A program made the translations under genes and the position numbers. Shown piece by piece: positions 7,829 to 17,279 of a DNA stretch of 28,861 nt (position 1 is its first letter; each line of letters starts with the position of its first letter). This DNA comes from Candidatus Hydrogenedentota bacterium (GTDB taxonomy: Bacteria > Hydrogenedentota > Hydrogenedentia > Hydrogenedentales > SLHB01), in NCBI GenBank assembly GCA_029974275.1, contig JARKSN010000283.1, positions 1 through 28,861 of the forward strand. Direction: 5' to 3'. The notes beneath the pieces are model-generated. The model saw only the letters and a program-made list of their open reading frames with translations. It made no database searches and was not told the origin of the DNA.

Positions 7829-8422
7829 GTGACGGGGAACACTGCCTTCAGCGATGGGGTCATCGCTATCATCATCACGATCATGGTGCTTGAACTGCGT
7901 GCGCCCCAGGGTCACGAGCTACCAGACCTGGCCGCCGCGACGCCGACCTTTTTGAGCTACGCGCTAAGTTTCATCTACGTCGCGCTCTATTGGCTCAATC
8001 ACCATCACCTCTTGTATGCGGCGGAGCGTGTGAATGGCGCGATCCTGTGGGCCAACATCGTCCTCTTGTTTTTTCTTTCGCTCATGCCGTTCTCGACGGC
8101 GTGGCTTGGCGACACACATGGGGCGCGCTGGCCGACCATTGTCTATGGGGCTTCGCTGCTGGCGCCGGCGATCGCGTATTACGTCTTGCAGAGCCTCTTG
8201 ATCAATGCGCATGGACGAGACCACGCGCTGAAGCGCGCTGTTGGGGGCGATGCTAAGGGAATCGTGTCCTTGCTCATCTACGTCGTCGGCCTCGCCACTG
8301 CCGCGCTCGCCGATCCTCTCTGGGCGCAGGCGTGCTTTGCCTTCGTCGCCTTGCTCTGGGTTGTTCCCGACCAGCGCATCGAACGTGAACTTTCCAAGCA
8401 GATTGCGCCGGACACGAACTAG
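7829..8422 (+). CDS. TMEM175-family potassium channel, native N-terminus removed by IS3 (possible pseudogene)
   Basis: AFSDGVIAIIITIMVLEL, FLSYALSFIYVALYWLNHHH, LSLMPFSTAW, LWVVPDQRIER. The first codons (7829-7841) lie within the IS end and the Arg of the RxxxFSD motif is missing. Confidence 0.85.
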   Translation: MTGNTAFSDGVIAIIITIMVLELRAPQGHELPDLAAATPTFLSYALSFIYVALYWLNHHHLLYAAERVNGAILWANIVLLFFLSLMPFSTAWLGDTHGARWPTIVYGASLLAPAIAYYVLQSLLINAHGRDHALKRAVGGDAKGIVSLLIYVVGLATAALADPLWAQACFAFVALLWVVPDQRIERELSKQIAPDTN

Positions 8423-8830
8423 CGCTGAACGCTAGCCCCACCCGAGGCTCTTTCGCCCAGGTGATCATCTCCGGTACAGCAGCATGCCGCCCCCCCGCGA
8501 ACGACACAAATTCCATAAAACTTCACGCAGCGAGACCACCCGCGGTTGACACTCTTCGCTTAAAGTCATGCTTCGTCACAGCAACCAATCACAGATACGC
8601 ATGTCCAGGCTTGCTCTCAAGAACGCTGCTACGGATCTGGCGAACCTCGCCAAGATCTGCGGCTGCGTGGTCGTTTGCGTTTCCTGTCTCGGCATATTTC
8701 GCGCCGCCGCCAGTGGCGCGCTCATAGTGCTTTATTGATCCTTACTGACGCGCTGTAAATTCATCGATTGATTACGCTTGGTCGCTAGCGTGGTCCTGCG
8801 GTCGCGTGATCGCGGTGAAATTTTCGCGAC

Positions 8831-11008
8831 ATGTCCGCCTCAGCAACATTCGGCATCGAGCGCACTAAGACGCTCAGCGCGCTAGTCGCGCTGTTCACGA
8901 TCGCCGTGCTTGCATCGACGCCGGTCGACCTCAACGGACAAGTCACGCTCGCAGTTGCAACCGCCTGCGTTTTCGTCACGATGACGTGGGTTCAGCCGGC
9001 GGGCGGGCCACTCCGCGTCTTTATCCTGCTGCTCACGCTGTTCACCAGCACGCGCTACATGCTGTGGCGTGCGTCCGAGACGATTCCGTTTTCGGATCCG
9101 GTGTCGCTGTTCTTTGCGCTCGCCCTGTTTGGCGCCGAACTCTACGGCTTCGTGATCTTGCTGCTGTCGATGTTCCTTTCGGCGGATGTCGCGGATCGCA
9201 GGCCCGTGCCGGCGCCGGTGGGCGCGACAAAATCGCCGACGGTCGACATTCTTATCCCCACCTACAATGAGGATGAACAGTTGCTGGAGGTGACGGTCCG
9301 GGCGGCTATGGCGGTCTCCTATCCGGCGGGACGATGCAGCGTCTACCTTCTGGACGATGGTGGCACTGTGGCCAAACGCACTCAGATGGACCCCAGGAAA
9401 GCAGCCGAGGCGGAAGAACGGCATCAACGGCTACAGCAGCTCTGCGAGCGGACGGGCGCCACCTATCTCACACGCGAACGCAATGATCACGCCAAGGCGG
9501 GAAACATCAACGCCGCGCTGACGCAGACATCCGGCGAGCTGATCCTGATTCTGGACGCTGACCATGTACCCACGGCGGATATCCTGCTTCGCACGGTCGG
9601 GTACTTCCTGGCGGACCCCAAACTCTTCCTGGTGCAAACGCCGCACTTCTTCCTCAATCCGGACCCGGTCGAGCGGAACCTCGACACGTTTGACCGGATG
9701 CCTAGCGAAAACGAGATGTTCTATTCGGTCATTCAGAAAGGCCTGGATGGCTACAACGCCTCGTTCTTTTGTGGTTCGGCTGCAGTGCTCCGGCGCAAGC
9801 ACATCATGGAGATCGGGGGAATTCAGGGCGAAACAATCACCGAGGACGCCGAAACCGCACTCGAGCTTCATGCGCGCGGCTATCATAGCGCCTATGTTGC
9901 GCGCCCGATGGTGGCTGGACTTTCGCCGGAGACGTTCTCGGGTTTCATCGTCCAGCGCATGCGCTGGGCGCAGGGAATGGCGCAAATCTTTTTGCTCAAG
10001 AACCCACTGGTCAAGACTGGGCTGACGCTGGCGCAACGGCTTGGCTATCTCAATTCGTGCTTCTTCTGGTTCTTCTCGCTAGCGCGTATGGCCTTCATCC
10101 TCACGCCACTCGTGTACTTGATCTTCGGCATCCAGATCTACGCGGTGGGCGTGGAGTACTTCCTGGCGTATGGTGTGCCGCACGTCATTGGCGCGCTGCT
10201 TCTCACCAGCATGCTTTACGGCGGAAGCCGATGGGTGTTCGCCTCGGAACTTTACGAGATCGTCCAGGCCGTGCATTGCTCGGGCGCGATCCTGCGGGTG
10301 TTCCGCAATCCCCGCGCGCCGACATTCGACGTGACGCCTAAGGGTGAGTCGCTCGAACGCAACTTCGTCTCGCCGCTGGCGCGGCCGTTCTACATCCTGA
10401 TCGCGGTTGTCGGTCTTGCGGAAGTGGCGGGCCTTGTCCGCATGCTACTTGAACCTCAGATAGCCGGCTACATCGTCGTCGCACTGCTGTGGAACACTTT
10501 CCACCTGTTCCTGCTGATCGGCGCACTTGGCGCGCTCTATGAACGCGCCCAACGCCGCGTGTTCCCGCGCATTGATCGCGCCGCCTCCATCGAACTGTCA
10601 GGCGCCTCCGGACGGCTCAGCGTGCGCATGACGGATATCTCGGTTACCGGGATCGGCGTCGTCGCGGACGCACTGTCTGCCGAACAATTGTCGCCTGGCT
10701 CAGTGGTGCGCATCGACGCCCGTCTGCTGGGCGCGGCGTCCCACTTCCCGCTCGATCTCTACGTCCAGTCGATCGTTCGTCAAGGCGGCGAAGCGGCCGT
10801 CGGCCTCCGGTTCGAACTCAAGACCGCCGCCCAGTGGCGCACCGTCGTGGCGCTTGTCTACTCGCGCAGCCAAAACTGGCGCGCATTCCAGGACAAGCGC
10901 GTGAGCTCGCGGGGCGTCATCGGCCAGATCGGCTTCCTCGCGCATCAGGGCGTCACCGGCGCCCTCGATCACCTGACCGTCATTCGCAGCAAAGTTTTTC
11001 GCACATGA
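8831..11008 (+). CDS. bcsA: Cellulose synthase catalytic subunit (GT2 plus PilZ)
   Basis: DDG, HAKAGN, DADH, QTPH, FFCGS, TED, QRMRW, gating loop FDVTPK, and PilZ c-di-GMP motifs RRVFPR and DISVTG. Confidence 0.97.
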   Translation: MSASATFGIERTKTLSALVALFTIAVLASTPVDLNGQVTLAVATACVFVTMTWVQPAGGPLRVFILLLTLFTSTRYMLWRASETIPFSDPVSLFFALALFGAELYGFVILLLSMFLSADVADRRPVPAPVGATKSPTVDILIPTYNEDEQLLEVTVRAAMAVSYPAGRCSVYLLDDGGTVAKRTQMDPRKAAEAEERHQRLQQLCERTGATYLTRERNDHAKAGNINAALTQTSGELILILDADHVPTADILLRTVGYFLADPKLFLVQTPHFFLNPDPVERNLDTFDRMPSENEMFYSVIQKGLDGYNASFFCGSAAVLRRKHIMEIGGIQGETITEDAETALELHARGYHSAYVARPMVAGLSPETFSGFIVQRMRWAQGMAQIFLLKNPLVKTGLTLAQRLGYLNSCFFWFFSLARMAFILTPLVYLIFGIQIYAVGVEYFLAYGVPHVIGALLLTSMLYGGSRWVFASELYEIVQAVHCSGAILRVFRNPRAPTFDVTPKGESLERNFVSPLARPFYILIAVVGLAEVAGLVRMLLEPQIAGYIVVALLWNTFHLFLLIGALGALYERAQRRVFPRIDRAASIELSGASGRLSVRMTDISVTGIGVVADALSAEQLSPGSVVRIDARLLGAASHFPLDLYVQSIVRQGGEAAVGLRFELKTAAQWRTVVALVYSRSQNWRAFQDKRVSSRGVIGQIGFLAHQGVTGALDHLTVIRSKVFRT

Positions 11009-13215
11009 AACGCCTGTCCCCTTCCCTGCTGATGACGTTTGTCGCCACCGGATGGCTTGTCGCTCCTGCCGGCGCCCAGGACGTCTTCGCACGCAGCGCT
11101 CCGCCGAAGGCGGCCACCAGCCGCGATCTCGCGAACGGGACCAGTCAGTTTGCAGCGCCGCTCACGACGCTGCGTGCGCAACAGGGTAGCATGCGTCTTA
11201 ACGGTGCTTCGGCACGCGAGGATCTCTCATTCGCGCTCGCGCCCCAGGCCGATATCAAGTCCGTCCGACTCGTCCTGCGTCATGCAACCAGCCGCGCCCA
11301 AGCCTCCACCAGCGCCCATCTGAGACTTTCGCTGAACAGCCAGTTCGCCGCCCAACTGGACGCGGCGACAGGGCTGACGGGGGCGATGGATTCAGTGTCG
11401 ATCGTTGGCGGCTTCAAGCCCGGTTTCAACACGCTCGGTTTCGAGGCTGTCCAGCGCTACACGTTTGACTGTCAGGACCCGACGGCGGATGAACTGTGGA
11501 CGGAGATCGATACTGAACGCTCCAGCCTTGAGGTGAGCTACCAGCGGCGCAAGTTCGCTTGGACTCTCGCCGATCTCGACCGTTTCCTGTCGCCAGGCGT
11601 CGGCGGCGTCGAACATCTCACGATCGTTACGGCAGCCGGAGAGCCGCGTCGCGCGCAACTCACCTGGGGCGCCTTGTCGGCCCAAGCCGTCACAAATCGC
11701 CTTTCGTTCAAGCTACCCGAAATCTCTCATGCCTCGGCCCGGGCGGTTTCCAGTAGCGTTACGGGATCGCCGGCCCCACGCCTTGCGCTTGCCAACCGCG
11801 ATACCGACGTCATCATCGTTGGCACGTTCGCGGAAGTGGGAGCCCTGCTGGCGATTGATCCCCGTACAGTGGACAAGGAAGAGGGCTATCTCGCCGTCGG
11901 GCCCTCCCCGCTTGATCCAACGCACTTCGTGATCGTGGCGTCCGGTCACACGGACGAAGCTGTCACGCGGGCTGTCCTGGCTCTTGGCGTCACCGGCTTT
12001 CCCCTGGCCGACGCCACAAGCATGCAAATCAGCGAACAAGATGCTCCCAGAGGCTTTGCGCTCAGCGCACACGGCCCGCTTCGCACCGGCGCGACCTACA
12101 CTTTCGAGCAGTTGGGCTTGGCGTCCAAAAGCACAGTCGGTGAGGAATCGGCCGCTTTCGACCTGTCGTTCGAACTGCCGGCCGACTTCTTCGCACGCGA
12201 AAAGGATGAGATCATTCTATCGCTGGACTTCGCCTATGGGGCAGGCCTTGAGCCGGGCTCCGTCCTCAATCTCTTCGTGAATGGTATATTCCGCCGCGCC
12301 GTGGCGCTGGCCCGGACGGACGGTGAAGCCGCTTCCGGATACGAACTTCGACTGCCGGCGCGCAACTTCCGTCCCGGGCGAAACACCGTTCGCCTCAGCG
12401 CCGAACTCGCCCGCGTTCAGGCCGGCGCCTGCGCGACGCGCAACAACAGGAATCTTGCCTTTGTGTTGGACGGATCATCGATGATCCAGGTTCCGAATTC
12501 ACCCAGCTATGCTGAGCTGCCAAACCTCGCACTCTTGAGCGAGACCGGCTTTCCGTTCTCCGCAGCCTCGACGGCGCCGTTCGCAATCCGGGCGGCCGAT
12601 CATCGCAGCGAGACGCTGGCAGCCGTGTGGACCCTCGCGGCAAAGCTCGGTCAGACTCATGGGGCGTTGTTTTCCGGCATAGACTTCGACTTTGGGGCCG
12701 AGCCGGCCAAAATCCATACGCTGATCGTGGGCGCCCGGCCCGCCGTAAGAAACCTCATCGACGGCCCAATCCGGCTTGCGCTGAACGATCCGAAATTCCC
12801 GGACGACATGTCCGGCGCCCATCTTGTGCGCCTGCGTCAACTGTCCGACCTCGGTAGCAGCGGCCTGATCGCGTCGGCGGAAAACGCGTCCCATCGCGGC
12901 CAGCTGGTGACAGTTGTAACAGCCCAAACAAGCGAGGCGCTGTTGTCATCCGTGCGTCATCTTGTCGAGCCTACGCACTGGAGTCAGCTAAGGGGCAGCG
13001 CCGCGGTTTGGCGCGAAGACCCGTCAACCGTTTCGGTCCAGCCTGTCGGCAAGTCCTTCTTCTCGGGCGACGCTTCGAGCGCCGACCGCGTCGCACTGCA
13101 GAATGGGCAATCGCCCTGGCGCTGGGTGCTGACGCTTGGAGGCCTGATTTTCGCCGTCGCCGTGGTTCTGGCCGGCATCGCTCACTACATGCGGCGACGG
13201 AACCGGGCACAGTGA
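11005..13215 (+). CDS. bcsB: Cellulose synthase periplasmic co-subunit BcsB
   Basis: ATGA overlap with bcsA, signal peptide MKRLSPSLL...AGA, KPGFNTL, C-x6-ELWTEID, FELPADFF, FRPGRNTV, ELPNLALLSETGFPF and a single C-terminal TM helix. 736 aa. Confidence 0.92.
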   Translation: MKRLSPSLLMTFVATGWLVAPAGAQDVFARSAPPKAATSRDLANGTSQFAAPLTTLRAQQGSMRLNGASAREDLSFALAPQADIKSVRLVLRHATSRAQASTSAHLRLSLNSQFAAQLDAATGLTGAMDSVSIVGGFKPGFNTLGFEAVQRYTFDCQDPTADELWTEIDTERSSLEVSYQRRKFAWTLADLDRFLSPGVGGVEHLTIVTAAGEPRRAQLTWGALSAQAVTNRLSFKLPEISHASARAVSSSVTGSPAPRLALANRDTDVIIVGTFAEVGALLAIDPRTVDKEEGYLAVGPSPLDPTHFVIVASGHTDEAVTRAVLALGVTGFPLADATSMQISEQDAPRGFALSAHGPLRTGATYTFEQLGLASKSTVGEESAAFDLSFELPADFFAREKDEIILSLDFAYGAGLEPGSVLNLFVNGIFRRAVALARTDGEAASGYELRLPARNFRPGRNTVRLSAELARVQAGACATRNNRNLAFVLDGSSMIQVPNSPSYAELPNLALLSETGFPFSAASTAPFAIRAADHRSETLAAVWTLAAKLGQTHGALFSGIDFDFGAEPAKIHTLIVGARPAVRNLIDGPIRLALNDPKFPDDMSGAHLVRLRQLSDLGSSGLIASAENASHRGQLVTVVTAQTSEALLSSVRHLVEPTHWSQLRGSAAVWREDPSTVSVQPVGKSFFSGDASSADRVALQNGQSPWRWVLTLGGLIFAVAVVLAGIAHYMRRRNRAQ

Positions 13216-15740
13216 CGATCCATTTGCCTTTCCTGCGCGGTTTGCGCCAGCTTGTCGTGGTCGCTGTTGCTCTCGCAATCGCGCCGCTAGCTGGCGCGCA
13301 GGCCGTAATGGAGGTGAACGTCACGCGCCTCGGGATTCCGGACGAAACGCCTGACGCAGCCCGGTCGCCGGATCAACCGCAAAGGCTTGCACCGGCCTCG
13401 CCCGCGAGGGAATCGCTTCGCGCGATATGGAACACGCTGGCGACTGGCGACTGGCACATGGCGGAAACCCAGGTGCTCAGCCTGCGCACGCGCTATCCCG
13501 CCTGGCGACCGGATGACAAGCTTTTGGCGGCGATCACCCGGGGCCAGCGTGACAGCGGCCTGCGTGATGCCTTCGCCACCCGGACCTGGACACAGGTGCT
13601 CGCGCTCGCGCCGGAAGCGCCCGCATGCGAAGATGACTACGCCATCTGGCTGCGTAGCGAAGCGCTCACCGCCCTCGAACAGCAGAAGCCGCTTCTTGCC
13701 TTTCACACCTACCTGTTTGCGACGTGCAGCACGCCAGCACAGCGCTCCACGAACGTCGAGCGTGCGGCGCGCCAGCTGAATCTTGACGGCCTGGATCGGC
13801 TGCTGGCTACGGCGACGGCCCCAAACCATTCGCCGCCGGCTCCAGCAGAGCTGGCAACGCTTCGCGACGCGCGGCATGAGGCCCAGTTAAAGCAGGCGAT
13901 CGCAGGCAAGGCCTGGTCAGACGCGGCGATTCTCGCGTTCGACTCCGGCCGTCATGATCTTGCCCTCACCGCCGGCTGGGCGATCCTGGAATCGGACGCA
14001 GCGCTGGCGCGCGCGCTCTTTCACGAGGCAGCCAAGCTCGGTCCAGACCAGGAGGCAAGGCTTGGCGAGGCGCTGGCCGGCTTGCGCCTGAACGATCCCG
14101 CACCGGGGCTGGCGCTTCTCGCGCTCGATTCCAACGTCACTCGCCCGGATGATATTCAAACTCGCCAGATCTCCGTCGCTGCGGACGCCCTTGTACTCGC
14201 CGCCGCGCAGGCCCGCGCACACAAGGACTGGAACGCGGCCGAGGCGTTCGCTGCGCGCCTGCGCGACCTCGGCGTCGGGTATTCCAGTGATGCCGATCGC
14301 ATTGTTGGAGAAACACTGCTTGACCGCGCGACCGGCGCTTTCGAAGCGAGACGGTTCCGAGACGCATTGGGATGGGCGCAGCAAGCGTCGGCTTATGCCG
14401 GCGTTGCTCGACCCGCACGGATGCGTGAGGCCTGGACACGCCTTGAGCTTGGAGAGGCTCGGTCGGCGGAACTCGCGTTTCGCGATCTCTACGTCCAGTC
14501 CGCCGATGCGGAGAGCGCCGAGGGCCTTGTGCTGGCCGCTGCACGCGAGGATCGCCTCGACGAGTTGACGACGCTCGCCAGCGCAGGGCAAGGCCCGCTT
14601 GCGCCCGCGCTCGTCAATGGGCAGGCAGACGCCGCGATCGCGCGGAAGGACTTTGCGACAGCGCAACGCCTGGCGCCATCGCGGCATCAACGGCTGGCTG
14701 GTGTTGGCGCGCCATGGGTCGAGCAGACAACCACCGCCCGCCTGCCCCGCAACTCAGCAGGCGATGGGCGGTTCGAGGCGCAGGCGGTGCGTGTTTCGAC
14801 CGGCTTCGCCTACGGCGGGTTCTTGCTGGAAGCCGGCGTTACCGGCCTGGCGCTCGACTCCACCCTTGGCGGCAGGACTGAGCACGCCCTTCCCTATTTC
14901 GCCGCAGGCACGGAAGGCGCCATGCGACTGTCTGTCCAGATCGCCGAGGCGCCAGGCCGCGCAATCGGCGGAGCGCCGCTCGTCGCCGAAGCATCCATTG
15001 AAAGACGTGCAACGTGGTGGTCCGTGGCAGCGCGCGCCTTCGCCACGCCCAAGGACGACTCGGCGACCTCCCTGGCAGGGCGGCGTGATCCGGCGGGAGG
15101 CGCAGGCTGGGGCGCCGTGATCGAGACAGGTCTTGAAGCGCGATCCAGCATCGCGCTTGCCCCCGGGGTGCGCGTTACGGGCGGCGTGCTTGCATCGCGG
15201 CTGACAGGATTGAACGTCGCCAACAATGATCGCGTGCGTATCGACATCGGTGGAGCACAGACGCTGGATGCGCCGGGTTTTGACTACATCGCCACCGGCC
15301 CGTTCTACCAGTTCGACAGCTATGCAAGGAACACCAACTTCGAGACGCGGGGCCATGGCGGGTACTTCAGCCCTCAGGAGTTCCATCGCGCCGGCTGGTC
15401 GCTGAACCTCCAAACCGCCGAGATGCAAGACTGGATGCTGCGCCTGGATGGATCGCTTGCCTATGAGATGACGCGGCAATCTAGCGCCCCTGTCCTGCCC
15501 TTGCAGAATCCTTTGGGCGCGCAGTTTGCATCAAGCGCGTCCTCCAGTGTCGCTGGCGCGGTCCGCGCTGAGGCCGCCTATCGCGTCAGCGCGAACTGGA
15601 CGGTCGGCGGATGGGCCGCCGCCAATGCCTCGACCGCCTACAGCGACGTGCAGCTCGGGCTTTCCTTGCGGTTCACGCCGGAAGGCCGGCGATCCGTTGT
15701 AAGCGGCGACTTTGCCGGCCATGGCCGCGGGATCTGGTGA
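13212..15740 (+). CDS. bcsC: BcsC-like outer-membrane cellulose export protein (helical repeats plus C-terminal barrel)
   Basis: GTGA overlap with bcsB, signal peptide, Ala-rich TPR-like helices, and a beta-rich C-terminus with the BcsC motif TRGHGGYFSPQEF. 842 aa. Confidence 0.82.
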   Translation: MTIHLPFLRGLRQLVVVAVALAIAPLAGAQAVMEVNVTRLGIPDETPDAARSPDQPQRLAPASPARESLRAIWNTLATGDWHMAETQVLSLRTRYPAWRPDDKLLAAITRGQRDSGLRDAFATRTWTQVLALAPEAPACEDDYAIWLRSEALTALEQQKPLLAFHTYLFATCSTPAQRSTNVERAARQLNLDGLDRLLATATAPNHSPPAPAELATLRDARHEAQLKQAIAGKAWSDAAILAFDSGRHDLALTAGWAILESDAALARALFHEAAKLGPDQEARLGEALAGLRLNDPAPGLALLALDSNVTRPDDIQTRQISVAADALVLAAAQARAHKDWNAAEAFAARLRDLGVGYSSDADRIVGETLLDRATGAFEARRFRDALGWAQQASAYAGVARPARMREAWTRLELGEARSAELAFRDLYVQSADAESAEGLVLAAAREDRLDELTTLASAGQGPLAPALVNGQADAAIARKDFATAQRLAPSRHQRLAGVGAPWVEQTTTARLPRNSAGDGRFEAQAVRVSTGFAYGGFLLEAGVTGLALDSTLGGRTEHALPYFAAGTEGAMRLSVQIAEAPGRAIGGAPLVAEASIERRATWWSVAARAFATPKDDSATSLAGRRDPAGGAGWGAVIETGLEARSSIALAPGVRVTGGVLASRLTGLNVANNDRVRIDIGGAQTLDAPGFDYIATGPFYQFDSYARNTNFETRGHGGYFSPQEFHRAGWSLNLQTAEMQDWMLRLDGSLAYEMTRQSSAPVLPLQNPLGAQFASSASSSVAGAVRAEAAYRVSANWTVGGWAAANASTAYSDVQLGLSLRFTPEGRRSVVSGDFAGHGRGIW

Positions 15741-15744
15741 CGCC

Positions 15745-17130
15745 ATGCAGCCATCCACCGCCTCGCAACTCTCGCAGCCGCCGCCAACAGCTTTTGTGCG
15801 GCGGGTCAGCGATCTTGCCGATCCGAAGCTGATCGGCGCCCTCCGGCGCGCGGGCGGCATCGGCCTGGCGATCGGTTTGGTGGCGCTGTTCGCCGTGATG
15901 TCACAGAAGACGCACGAGGTTGACCGGAGCCGGCTCGCGGTCGCCGCACAGTATGGCGCCACGCAGATCGAGGCAATTCTGGCGAGGGCTGAAACCGGCG
16001 TCCTCAAGCATCGCGCCGCGCTTGACGCAGCACTTGCCCCAAACGCGACAGACGTGGAACGGCTGGCGGCGCGCCGGGCCATCGTGGAAGCTGCGGCTGA
16101 CTCACCGATCCTCGGCGCGACCATTCTTGACGCTTCCGGGTCGGTTGAGCTCGATGTCGGCGCGGTCGATGCAACGGGCTTCGGCCCGGTCATCGCGCCC
16201 TTCCGGTTTGAAGACGCACGCCGCATCGACCAGCGCGCCCGTCTCATGCCTGCGCCTGAGCGCAACGCACTCCTTCTCGCCATACCGATGGACGCGCCTT
16301 CTCCGCGCACGCTGGTTTTGGCGCTTGATGCCAGCGTGTTCACCGACAGTCTCGTGCTTGCGCGCAACACAGCCGCCAAGGCGCCTCTTGCCTTTCTGTC
16401 CGACAGGGATGGCCGCCTGATCTTGGCGTCGGGCGCAGACGTCTCGCGAACGCGCGTGGTTGTTCCAGCAATGCCCGCGGAACATCAGTCGATCGAGGAC
16501 ATGGCTGTTTCCGAACTCGCCCGCGAGTCGGACGAGAGCAATTCGGAAATGGCATCTGCGCCGCTCGCAAGCGGACAGCTGGCGGTTCATGTCATCGGCG
16601 CAAAAGTCGATGTATGGCGCTTGACTCAGGAGAACTGGCAAGTCTTGGTCGCTGCATTCGCCCCCATGTTGCTGGCGCTGATCCTAGCGGTTTCCATCGT
16701 GCAGAATGAATGGCGACGACGCGATCGACGGGCTAACACATCCGCCGATGCCGTAGCGCGAGCGGAGATCGCGGCCGATCTTCTCGATGCTGGCGTCCTC
16801 GAATGGCGAATTAGCGACTCAGGCCTTTCGAGCTCCGAGGGCTGGCGCACGCTGTTCGCCGAAGGCGCAGCCGTCGCTGATGAAGACATCTCGAACTGGT
16901 TGAGCAGAATCCATCCTGATGACGAGGCTGCCGCGCGCCAAGGCTACCAGAGCTTGCAGGATGGCGAGCGTGACACACTGAGCCAGATGCTACGGGTACG
17001 CGGCTCGTCGGGAGCCTACATCAAAGTACAAGAACGAGCGCGCGTGCGCCGCGGTCGAGACGATAAACCGGTCCGGATCGTGATGGTTCATACCTTGGTC
17101 CATCGCGATCCGCTGACCGTCCGCGAGTGA
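15745..17130 (+). CDS. Two-TM membrane protein with Cache-like periplasmic region and terminal PAS domain, no output domain
   Basis: TM1 GIGLAIGLVALFAVM; periplasmic LGATILDASG and FLSDRDGRLI; TM2 VLVAAFAPMLLALILAVSIV; PAS GVLEWRI...WLSRIHPDD...LRVRGSSGAYIKVQERA. Starts 4 bp after the bcsC stop. Confidence 0.8.
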   Translation: MQPSTASQLSQPPPTAFVRRVSDLADPKLIGALRRAGGIGLAIGLVALFAVMSQKTHEVDRSRLAVAAQYGATQIEAILARAETGVLKHRAALDAALAPNATDVERLAARRAIVEAAADSPILGATILDASGSVELDVGAVDATGFGPVIAPFRFEDARRIDQRARLMPAPERNALLLAIPMDAPSPRTLVLALDASVFTDSLVLARNTAAKAPLAFLSDRDGRLILASGADVSRTRVVVPAMPAEHQSIEDMAVSELARESDESNSEMASAPLASGQLAVHVIGAKVDVWRLTQENWQVLVAAFAPMLLALILAVSIVQNEWRRRDRRANTSADAVARAEIAADLLDAGVLEWRISDSGLSSSEGWRTLFAEGAAVADEDISNWLSRIHPDDEAAARQGYQSLQDGERDTLSQMLRVRGSSGAYIKVQERARVRRGRDDKPVRIVMVHTLVHRDPLTVRE

Positions 17131-17139
17131 TCCGGCGCG

Positions 17140-17167
17140 CTGACAGCTCAACTGAGAGAACTGTCAG
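17140..17167. promoter_or_regulatory. Inverted repeat CTGACAGCTC-N8-GAACTGTCAG, possible regulator site or 3' hairpin
   Basis: Arms match 9/10, 9 bp after the stop of the PAS gene. No U-tract follows immediately. Confidence 0.35.
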
Positions 17168-17279
17168 GGTAACTGGGTGAGGTTTTGCTGGGCTTTCGGC
17201 GAGCTTGCAGCAACTACGCCGCCGCCCTGCTCAAGACAGATTCCGAGCGCGCGCGCAGAATCCACGCGGCGCGATCTCA

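Larger units (their letters stand above)
6338..7841 (-). mobile_element. IS3-family insertion sequence, 1504 bp, no target duplication visible
   Basis: Ends TGTCCGTCATCAGATAATTTGAGAC (6338) and, on the minus strand from 7841, TGTTCCCCGTCACGGCCTTTGAGAC form imperfect TG..CA inverted repeats. orfA/orfB layout. Confidence 0.88.

Noticed and set aside
10834..11004. N-terminal extension of BcsB in the ORF track (likewise 13008-13211 for BcsC, 23492 for the HEAT gene, 24436 for GT2)
   Set aside because: These overlap upstream genes. The downstream starts give signal peptides or TM helices and 4-bp coupling or a 1-bp gap.
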